This document shows, one piece after another, positions 1-6,355 of a stretch of DNA of 43,350 nucleotides. The DNA lies in the NCBI GenBank assembly GCA_017610405.1, contig JAFCCD010000004.1, forward strand, positions 1 to 43,350. Reading direction: 5' to 3'. The position numbers and the translations under genes were made by a program. This DNA is from Nanobdellota archaeon. GTDB lineage: Archaea > Nanobdellota > Nanobdellia > Pacearchaeales > GW2011-AR1. Positions within the stretch are counted from its first letter, which is position 1, and each line of letters begins with the position of its first letter. The notes beneath the pieces were generated by a model that ran no database searches, was not told the origin of the DNA, and saw nothing but the letters and a program-made list of their open reading frames with translations.

Positions 1-2
1 AA

Positions 3-569
3 GACACATCTGGAGGAACATCAGAAGAAATTTGTTTAACTAATAAAGAATGCCAGCAATATCTTGGAGAAAGAGTAGTTGAATTAGTAAAAACTAAAAA
101 AGGAGCAATAAATGATGCGGATGTTAAAGCAGATACAGGAGCAAAATCTTTTGAATGTTTGGTTTTGCAGGTCGCTGCTGTAGAAAGTGACATAAGACAT
201 TGTGATCAATATAAAGATTCAAATGGAAATCCATTATATTGTGATGAGAATAAAGATGAACTTGTAGGGGGAGATGGTGGTAATAGTCTGGGAATAATGC
301 AGATAAATACATTAGAACATCCAAATGTAGATGTTGAAAATTTTGAGGAAAATGTAGAATACGGGATTAATTTATTGATTAATGGATATTCTTTAACATC
401 TAAAGAGTATATTTGCAATGGAAAAACCTATCAAGGATGGGCTCGTGCTTTAAGAAGTTATAATGGATGGAATACTAATTGTAGTAAAGGAAATATAAAT
501 TATGTCGAAGATGTTATTTCTCATAAAAATGAGATAGAAAAATTGTTTCCTGAATTATGCGGAGACTAG
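3..569 (+). CDS. Lytic transglycosylase (SLT-domain) protein, 5' end outside the window
   Basis: Frame 3 is open from the window edge to TAG at 567-569; the track shows it only from the internal Met at 159. The translation carries SLT family signatures: catalytic Glu-Ser in AAVESDIRHC, GIMQIN, YGINLL and ALRSYNGW. Confidence 0.7.
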   Translation, partial: DTSGGTSEEICLTNKECQQYLGERVVELVKTKKGAINDADVKADTGAKSFECLVLQVAAVESDIRHCDQYKDSNGNPLYCDENKDELVGGDGGNSLGIMQINTLEHPNVDVENFEENVEYGINLLINGYSLTSKEYICNGKTYQGWARALRSYNGWNTNCSKGNINYVEDVISHKNEIEKLFPELCGD

Positions 570-641
570 GATTCGAACCTAGGTAAGCACTAAGCTAACA
601 GGTCCTAAACCTGTCCCGTTTGACCACTCCGGCATCTCCGC
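558..641 (-). tRNA. tRNA-Leu (anticodon UAG), class II with long variable arm
   Basis: Hand-folded cloverleaf on the minus strand. Acceptor GCGGAGA/TCTCCGC; anticodon stem ACAGG/CCTGT with loop TTTAGGA; 15-nt variable arm; T arm CTAGG-TTCGAAT-CCTAG; discriminator A. No encoded CCA. Its 3' end overlaps the last 12 nt of the SLT CDS on the opposite strand. Confidence 0.85.
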
Positions 642-682
642 TTAAACTATAATTATTCTGAGAAAAATCAATATAAAAAGAT

Positions 683-1609
683 TTACTTCTTGGTTTTCAT
701 CTCTGCTTCTTTTTGTTTTATCTTCTCTTCAAGATTAAGTTTTTCTATTAATTCTTTATAACGATTTCTAATTGTTACTTCTGTTATTCCTGCAATATCT
801 GCAACTTCTCTTTGAGTTTTCTTTTCATCATTTATCAAGGCTGCTACATAAAGTGCTGCAGCCGCAATTCCTGCAGGACCTCTACCTGAAGTTAATTCAA
901 CCTCTTCTGCTCTTTTTAAAACTTTTAGAGCATCATTTTGCGTTTTTGGAGAGAGTTTTAGAACAGAAGAAAATCTTGAAATATAATCTTTAGGAGCACT
1001 CTGTTTTACTTTTATTCCAAGTCTTCTTATTATAAATCTGTAAGTTCTTCCTATTTCTTTTCTTTCTATATCAGATGCAGTAGCCATTTCGTCAAGGGTT
1101 CTTGGTATATTATAAGATCTACAAGCAGCATAAAGGCATGCAGCTATTACAGATTCCATACTTCTTCCACGCACAAGCCCTCTTTGCAGAACAAAATTAT
1201 AAATTCTTGCAGCATCATCTTTAACAACGTTTGGAAGATTTAAGTAAGAAGCTATAACTCTTAATTCAGCCATAGCAAGCCTGAGATTTCTTTCAATGCT
1301 TGTTGAAACTCTTTCTTGCCATTTTTTTAATCTTAAGAATTTTCTGGTTTGTTTTGGCTCAAGTCTATATATATCTGAAATTTCTCCAACATTAGTTGTA
1401 AGACCCTTGTCGAATTTCTGAATACTACTAGGTGCTCCCCCTCTTCCTTTTTTCCCTCTTTTGTCAAATTTTCCAGAAAGATCTATTCCAGAGTCAACCA
1501 TTTTTTCCTCTACAACAAGACCACAATCATTACAGATAATTTCACCTAAATGAGAGTCATAAGTAAGATGTATACTGTTGCATTCAGGGCATTTCTTTAT
1601 AAATGGCAT
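683..1609 (-). CDS. tfb: Transcription initiation factor TFB (TFIIB homologue)
   Basis: 308 aa. N-terminal zinc ribbon (CPECNS...CNDCG) followed by two cyclin-like repeats with a typical TFIIB sequence (RNLRLAMAELRVIASYLNLP, GRSMESVIAACLYAACR, EVADIAGITEVTIRNRYKEL). Confidence 0.95.
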   Translation of the reverse strand: MPFIKKCPECNSIHLTYDSHLGEIICNDCGLVVEEKMVDSGIDLSGKFDKRGKKGRGGAPSSIQKFDKGLTTNVGEISDIYRLEPKQTRKFLRLKKWQERVSTSIERNLRLAMAELRVIASYLNLPNVVKDDAARIYNFVLQRGLVRGRSMESVIAACLYAACRSYNIPRTLDEMATASDIERKEIGRTYRFIIRRLGIKVKQSAPKDYISRFSSVLKLSPKTQNDALKVLKRAEEVELTSGRGPAGIAAAALYVAALINDEKKTQREVADIAGITEVTIRNRYKELIEKLNLEEKIKQKEAEMKTKK

Positions 1610-1683
1610 TTTAAAAAATTAAGGATATAATTTTATTACTTTTCGGTTGAACAATAAGTTTTAAAAGGTTTCGACCCATAAGC

Positions 1684-1715
1684 TTTATAAACCTTTCGAC
1701 TTTTATAAACCTTTC
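1684..1715 (-). promoter_or_regulatory. Tandem 14-nt direct repeat TTTATAAACCTTTC (x2, period 18), read on the minus strand as GAAAGGTTTATAAA (BRE/TATA-like)
   Basis: Exact copies at 1684-1697 and 1702-1715, between the S8e stop and the tfb start. A third degenerate copy (GTCGAAACCTTTTAAAA on the minus strand) lies at about 1661-1677. A further TATA-like AAAATTATAT lies about 17-28 nt upstream of the tfb ATG. Confidence 0.35.
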
Positions 1716-2089
1716 TATTTAATAATGGCTTTTTCTATAAGAATTCCGTTAACTATTCCATCTTGACTTGGTCGATTTGTTATTTTGACTTTTCCAAGAT
1801 CTGTTTCCACAATAGTTCCTTTTGTTAGAATATTTTGTCTTGCTAGAAATCGATTTGAAGGAGTTTCGACAACATTTTTTATTTCAGATTTTTTCATACT
1901 ATCTCCAAATTTTACATTGATTGTTTTACTTTTTAATAAAAAAGTTTTTTTATTTCCGCCCCTTATTCTAATTGTTTTTCTTTTTTCTTCACCAAGTTTA
2001 ATTCTTCTTATTTGTCCTGGCAATCCAAAAAGTTTTTTCTTTTTTGACTTTTTGTATCTACCCCCTGTTATTTTTTTACCTTGTTTCAT
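1715..2089 (-). CDS. rps8e: 30S ribosomal protein S8e
   Basis: 124 aa. Matches S8e throughout (GGRYKKSKKKK, IRIRGGNKK, NRFLARQNILTKGTIVETDLGKVKITNRPSQDGIVNGILI). Confidence 0.9.
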   Translation of the reverse strand: MKQGKKITGGRYKKSKKKKLFGLPGQIRRIKLGEEKRKTIRIRGGNKKTFLLKSKTINVKFGDSMKKSEIKNVVETPSNRFLARQNILTKGTIVETDLGKVKITNRPSQDGIVNGILIEKAIIK

Positions 2090-2234
2090 AATAAGGAAAA
2101 TTTGATTTTTATTTAAATACCTTTCTGTTTAATTATGTTATATTTGTGCAATAATCAAAAAGTAGATAAGAAGGTTAATTATTTAGTGGTAACAACATGG
2201 AAGGTTTTATAAACTTTAAATTTGTGAAAAATAC

Positions 2235-3074
2235 ATGATAAAAAGCACATTCCCTGTAAATAAAGCAAATCCCTTAAAGATTCCTTTAGATATTCCAATA
2301 ATTGGTTTCTTAGGGGGGGAAGGAGGAAAAGAAATAAATAATTCTATAAAAAAAGATTATCCTGATAATAAAGTTTTACATATGGGGAATTATTTTGATA
2401 ATCTTGTTAAAAATTCTAATCCTTTTTATGCTGTTGCTGTTCAAAGTAGACTTCCTTCAGGGGTTAACCTTTCAACACAAGCAAATTTAGAAACAGCTAT
2501 GAGAATCGGGTCAATGGATTTTAAAGGAACTTATGAAGATACTGGTCTTGTTTTAAGAAATGGTGGTAATCCTAATATTTATTTAGCTGATTATTTAATG
2601 AAGCAGATTAAAGAAAGAGGAAAGAAAAGAATGCCTGTTATGATCCCTTTAAAAGGATTAAAACTTGAAAAAGATTCAAATTCTTCATATGGTTTAGCAT
2701 TTAAATTAAAGGATGATGCTGAATTAATATCTGCTCCTATATTAAATAGAGATGGAAAATTTAATTCAGAAGATATTGATGAAAAAACAGGACTACCAAA
2801 AAAATTTTCTAGTTTAGGAAATAGGTTTCTTTATACAAGTGACCTAGGTCTTTCGAGGTTGCTCCTGGACTGGGATCTTGATTTGGACTCCGATTGGGTC
2901 AACTTGGCTGACTCTGACTCATATGGCAGGGTGGTTCTTACCTCAATTGATAAAAGCGGTTCGCAAGATTTTTTAGCACAGAAATTAACAAACCTTAACG
3001 CTCAAAGAGATGCTCAAATTGAAAAAATGAATAAAAATTATCAAGAAGAAAAAAGAATTTTAAAAGAAAAATAA
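2235..3074 (+). CDS. Hypothetical protein, paralogue A of a tandem pair
   Basis: 279-aa ORF. Shares YGL...GLP...GNR..Y...GLSRL.L...LDL....LA.S.S.GRVV with the next ORF. It also has a C-terminal coiled-coil extension. I recognise no family. Confidence 0.6.
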   Translation: MIKSTFPVNKANPLKIPLDIPIIGFLGGEGGKEINNSIKKDYPDNKVLHMGNYFDNLVKNSNPFYAVAVQSRLPSGVNLSTQANLETAMRIGSMDFKGTYEDTGLVLRNGGNPNIYLADYLMKQIKERGKKRMPVMIPLKGLKLEKDSNSSYGLAFKLKDDAELISAPILNRDGKFNSEDIDEKTGLPKKFSSLGNRFLYTSDLGLSRLLLDWDLDLDSDWVNLADSDSYGRVVLTSIDKSGSQDFLAQKLTNLNAQRDAQIEKMNKNYQEEKRILKEK

Positions 3075-3075
3075 A

Positions 3076-3771
3076 ATGGTTAAAACATTAAATCTTGAGT
3101 GGCAAGTGCGAGAATTGACTCCTACTTTACTTATTGGAAAAGATGCAAAAAAGATGTATGATATACTTCCAGAGCAAGCAAGAGTTGGTTTAAAATATAA
3201 TGAAGTTTCTAAATCAGTTATTGGTTCTACACCTTTAGCTTCTGTTGTTTTAGATGTTGAAGCACAAAAGTATGGAGCAAGAACCCCTAATTTAAGAGAT
3301 TTGTCTAGACCAGAAGTTATAGAGATTGCAAAGAACAAATTTTATATTGATTCAAGAAATTTAATTATAAGGTCAAATACAGACCCTGATTATCCTAAAA
3401 ATGACTCTTTACTCAAACAAATTTATGAGTTAGCAGAGCAAAAAGAAGGAAAAGTTAAAAATGGTTTTATGATTGAAGGATTTACTTTTGTTCCAGATGA
3501 AAATGATAAAATTGGTTATGGATTAAAAATTCTCCCCCAATCTGATTTTAAAGTAACTCAAGATAGTAGACTTATTGGACACAATGGAGATAGTTTTTCA
3601 GAAGTGGATGAATTAGGCCTACCTTTATTTAATAAAAAAGGAAACAGAAATTGGTATGCTAAAGATAAAGGTTTGTCCAGGTTGTGTCTGTTCAGTGGCC
3701 TTGATTTGTACGCTGGCGACGACTATCTTGCGAACTCGAGCTCTAGTGGTAGGGTGGTTTTTTTGAGATAA
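3076..3771 (+). CDS. Hypothetical protein, paralogue B of a tandem pair
   Basis: 231-aa ORF starting 1 nt after the stop of paralogue A. It has the same conserved C-terminal module (GLSRLCLFSGLDLYAGDDYLANSSSSGRVVFLR). Confidence 0.6.
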   Translation: MVKTLNLEWQVRELTPTLLIGKDAKKMYDILPEQARVGLKYNEVSKSVIGSTPLASVVLDVEAQKYGARTPNLRDLSRPEVIEIAKNKFYIDSRNLIIRSNTDPDYPKNDSLLKQIYELAEQKEGKVKNGFMIEGFTFVPDENDKIGYGLKILPQSDFKVTQDSRLIGHNGDSFSEVDELGLPLFNKKGNRNWYAKDKGLSRLCLFSGLDLYAGDDYLANSSSSGRVVFLR

Positions 3772-3798
3772 GTGCCAAAGGCACGCAAAACTTTTTTA
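3772..3798 (+). terminator. Stem-loop GTGCC-AAA-GGCAC followed by a T6 run
   Basis: Perfect 5-bp hairpin at 3772-3784, immediately after the TAA at 3769-3771. T-run at 3792-3797. Oligo-T is the usual archaeal termination signal. Confidence 0.3.
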
Positions 3799-4014
3799 AA
3801 TCATTAGGTTCTATTATAATTAATTTTAAAAGCATATAATTTTTTCTAAGATTCCCAGCCATACTTTAAAGATGAATCAACTTAATTTCGATTTAACTTG
3901 ATTGAGTGTTGCTAAAAAATTCTCTTAAATATATAGAAAGTTTTGTTTAATTATATTTAAGATAATAGCGAAATATTTATAAACAAATTCAACAGGAAAT
4001 AAATATAATATAAA

Positions 4015-4252
4015 ATGGTTAACGGAATTGAAAGGCCACTCGATCTTTTGAATAATTATCTTAGTACATTTAAAAGGAGATAAGCAATTTGTAGGAACCC
4101 TGCTAGCTTTTGATATTCATATAAATCTTGTTCTTGATAATATAAAAGAAATAGAAAAAAATGAGGTAAAAAGAAACCTTGGTTTGACTTTCTTAAGAGG
4201 AGATACTATTATCTTTATTTCTCCTGCTTCAACAGCCTTGAAGAAAGAATAA
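4015..4252 (+). pseudogene. Sm-like (LSm/SmAP) protein gene, reading frame broken
   Basis: ATG 4015 gives MVNGIERPLDLLNNYLSTFKRR then a stop at 4081-4083. The +1 frame from 4061 gives LVHLKGDKQFVGTLLAFDIHINLVLDNIKEIEKNEVKRNLGLTFLRGDTIIFISPASTALKKE with a stop at 4250-4252. Together these form a canonical Sm fold sequence (PLD helix, Sm1 motif LKG..F.G.L..FD.H.NLVL, Sm2 motif RGD.I..IS). Neither piece reaches the track's size or start criteria. Confidence 0.65.
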
Positions 4253-4310
4253 TTGTTTAATTTTTTTGTTGTTAAGTTAAATTATTAAATCATCTTTACT
4301 TATATTTTTT

Positions 4311-5213
4311 ATGCCAGCAAAAATAAAAATTACTTTTCTTGGAACTTCTGATTCTGTTCCTAGTGCTAGTAGAAACCATCCAGCAATGCTTTTAACATAT
4401 AATGGAGAAAATATCCTTTTTGATTGTGGTGAGGGGACCCAGAGACAAATTAGAAAAGCAAAGTTAAATCCCTGTAAGATAACCAGGATTTTAATTACTC
4501 ATTGGCACGCAGACCATATTTTAGGTTTGCCTGGTTTATTGAAAACCCTTGCTCTTAGTGGTTATAAGAAAACACTTTATATTTATGGACCAAAAGGAAC
4601 TAAATTATTAATTAAAAATCTTTTGAAAGTATTTGCAGTTAGAGAAGAATATCCAATAAAAATAGAAGAAGTAAATGGAAAGTTTTTTGAGACAAGTGAT
4701 TTTTACCTTGCTGCTGAAAAAATGACTCATACAGTGGATTGTAATGCATATTCTTTTGTTAAAAAAGGAAATTTAAGAATTGATAAAAAGAAATTGCAAA
4801 AGTTAAAAATTCCTTCTGGACCACATTTACAAAGATTAAAACAAGGAAAAAATATTAGTTATAAGGGGAAAAAGTATTTTTCTAAATTATTAACTTATTC
4901 TGAAGAAGAGAAGAAAATTTCTTTTGTTTTAGATACATCCTTTAATAATAAGATAAGTCCTTTTGTTAGAAATTCAGATATTTTTATTTGTGAATCAAGT
5001 TTTTCTCATGAACTTAAGGATAAGGCAAAAGAAAAGTACCATATGACTGCAAAAAAAGTGGCAGAAATAGCGAATAAATCAAAAGTAAAAAAGCTTTTTT
5101 TAATGCATATAAGTCAGAGATATTCAGGAAAATTGAAAAAGATTCTCACAGAGGCAAAGAAAATATTTAAGAATTCTTTTTTAGCAAATGATTTGGATGT
5201 TATTAATCTATAA
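4311..5213 (+). CDS. rnz: Ribonuclease Z (tRNA 3' endonuclease, metallo-beta-lactamase fold)
   Basis: 300 aa. ITFLGTSDSVPS...RNHPAMLL, DCGEGTQRQ, and the His motif ITHWHADHILGLPGLL. Length and layout are typical of short-form RNase Z. Confidence 0.9.
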   Translation: MPAKIKITFLGTSDSVPSASRNHPAMLLTYNGENILFDCGEGTQRQIRKAKLNPCKITRILITHWHADHILGLPGLLKTLALSGYKKTLYIYGPKGTKLLIKNLLKVFAVREEYPIKIEEVNGKFFETSDFYLAAEKMTHTVDCNAYSFVKKGNLRIDKKKLQKLKIPSGPHLQRLKQGKNISYKGKKYFSKLLTYSEEEKKISFVLDTSFNNKISPFVRNSDIFICESSFSHELKDKAKEKYHMTAKKVAEIANKSKVKKLFLMHISQRYSGKLKKILTEAKKIFKNSFLANDLDVINL

Positions 5214-5221
5214 TCTAAAAC

Positions 5222-5240
5222 AGAAAGATTTTAAATATAA
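5222..5240 (+). promoter_or_regulatory. Archaeal BRE/TATA-like promoter for the tRNA-Arg/tRNA-Cys pair
   Basis: AGAAAGATTTTAAATATAA. The TATA element TTTAAATA is centred about 26 nt upstream of tRNA position 1 (5261). Confidence 0.4.
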
Positions 5241-5260
5241 CTTTTTCTTCAAAATTATAT

Positions 5261-5381
5261 GCCCCTGTAGCTCAGCCTGGATAGAGCGACTGCCTTCTAG
5301 GGAGTGTTTCCATTAGGGAACAGAGATGTTTCGGAATCCGAAGCAAGCAGTAGGTCGCAGGTTCAAATCCTGTCGGGGGCA
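5261..5381 (+). tRNA. tRNA-Arg (anticodon UCU) with a 46-nt intron at the canonical 37/38 position
   Basis: Acceptor GCCCCTG/CGGGGGC; D arm GCTC/GAGC; anticodon stem ACTGC ... GCAGT; loop CTTCTA|intron|A; T arm GCAGG-TTCAAAT-CCTGT. Total 121 nt, exons 75 nt. Confidence 0.85.
5300..5345 (+). other. tRNA intron (46 nt)
   Basis: Sequence between A37 (5299) and A38 (5346) of tRNA-Arg(UCU). It contains the internal palindrome TTCGGA-A-TCCGAA. I see no C/D box motifs. Confidence 0.75.
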
Positions 5382-5383
5382 TT

Positions 5384-5456
5384 GCGGGGATGGCGAAGTG
5401 GTTAACGCGTTCGGCTGCAACCCGGATATTCCTGGGTTCGAACCCCAGTCCCCGCT
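5384..5456 (+). tRNA. tRNA-Cys (anticodon GCA)
   Basis: Acceptor GCGGGGA/TCCCCGC; anticodon stem TTCGG/CCGGA with loop CTGCAAC; T arm CTGGG-TTCGAAC-CCCAG. Starts only 2 nt after tRNA-Arg. Confidence 0.9.
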
Positions 5457-5460
5457 TTTT
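5456..5460 (+). terminator. Oligo-T tract after the tRNA pair
   Basis: TTTTT starts at the discriminator of tRNA-Cys. Confidence 0.35.
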
Positions 5461-5465
5461 ATAAA

Positions 5466-5723
5466 ATGAAGATTATCAAAAAAATAAATAAAGAGATGTT
5501 TGATGTAATTAACTCTGGCAAAAAGAAATTTGAAGTCAGAATAGAAGATGATTGTAAATTTAATGAAGGTGATATTCTAATTTTAAAGGAATTTGAAGAT
5601 AATAAATTTACAGGAAGAGAGTTAAGAAAAGAAATTACTTTTATATTGAGAACTAAAGAATGTGGTTTTTTGAAGGAGGATGATATAAATAAATATGGTT
5701 TTTCAATTTTAAGTTTGAAATGA
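5466..5723 (+). CDS. DUF3850 / ASCH-like (PUA-fold) small protein
   Basis: 85 aa. F.VINSGKKKFEVR..D..F.EGDILILKEF......TGRE matches my memory of the DUF3850 consensus. A 4-nt ATGA overlap with the next gene supports co-translation. Confidence 0.6.
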   Translation: MKIIKKINKEMFDVINSGKKKFEVRIEDDCKFNEGDILILKEFEDNKFTGRELRKEITFILRTKECGFLKEDDINKYGFSILSLK

Positions 5724-6268
5724 AAAAAGTATATCTTATTCATGGATGGGGTGGAAGTTCTGAAGGAGGATGGTTTGATTGGTTAAAGTCAGAACTTAAA
5801 TCTAAAGGATATGAGGTAGAAGCGTTTGATATGCCTAATACGGATGAGCCTAAAATTGAAGAATGGGTAGGGTATCTTAGAGATAATATTAAAGATGTTG
5901 ATGAAGAAACTTATTTTGTAGGACATAGTATTGGTTGTCAGACAATAATTAGATTTTTGGAAAAATTACACAAACATAAAAAAATTGGTGGTTGTGTTTT
6001 TGTGGCTGGTTGGTTTGATATTATTAATTTAGAACCAGAAGAACTTATTATTGCACACCCATGGGTAGATTCTAAAATACATTTTGAAAGGGTTCTTGAT
6101 CATTGTAATAATTTTTTAGCAATCTTTTCAGATAACGATCCATATGTTCATCTAGATGAAGCTAAAAAATTTAAAGAAGATCTTGGAGCTAAAATTATCC
6201 TTAAAAAAGGTTTGAATCATTTTAATACTGTCGGAAAAATACCAGAAATTTTAAAATTTCTAAAATAA
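5720..6268 (+). CDS. Alpha/beta serine hydrolase, YdeN/RBBP9-like
   Basis: 182 aa. N-terminal VYLIHGWGGS, nucleophile elbow GHSIG, later NDPYV and GLNHF as candidate Asp and His. Confidence 0.7.
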   Translation: MKKVYLIHGWGGSSEGGWFDWLKSELKSKGYEVEAFDMPNTDEPKIEEWVGYLRDNIKDVDEETYFVGHSIGCQTIIRFLEKLHKHKKIGGCVFVAGWFDIINLEPEELIIAHPWVDSKIHFERVLDHCNNFLAIFSDNDPYVHLDEAKKFKEDLGAKIILKKGLNHFNTVGKIPEILKFLK

Positions 6269-6355
6269 ATAATTAAAATTATAATGAAATAAAATAGGAA
6301 AGTATATACTCTATTTTGAAAAAGTTTTTAAACTAAAAAAACATAAATTAATTTA

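Noticed and set aside
124-418. Minus-strand ORFs 124-324 and 206-418 inside the SLT gene
   Set aside because: They are antisense to an ORF with clear SLT motifs. Their translations are low-complexity with no motifs, as is typical of shadow ORFs in AT-rich DNA.
772-2105. Plus-strand ORFs 772-993 and 1785-2105
   Set aside because: Antisense to tfb and rps8e, both of which have unmistakable family sequence. The shadow ORFs are Leu/Phe-rich reverse-complement artefacts.
3060-3338. Minus-strand 92-aa ORF
   Set aside because: It overlaps the junction of the two paralogous plus-strand genes, whose mutual conservation supports the plus-strand frames.
2841-3760. GC-rich islands as hidden tRNA or small structured RNA genes
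   Set aside because: I could not fold a cloverleaf or a convincing extended helix by eye. Both islands keep the ORF frame and encode the most conserved peptide of the paralogues. Kept as a finding about dual constraint, not called as an RNA gene.
558-5456. Integrated mobile element or prophage next to tRNA genes (also checked around 19950 and 38036)
   Set aside because: I found no integrase, transposase or partial tRNA duplication (att-like direct repeat) flanking any of the five tRNAs. The neighbouring genes are housekeeping.
5459-5743. Minus-strand 94-aa ORF
   Set aside because: Antisense to the DUF3850-like gene, which has a recognisable motif and an ATGA-coupled downstream gene.
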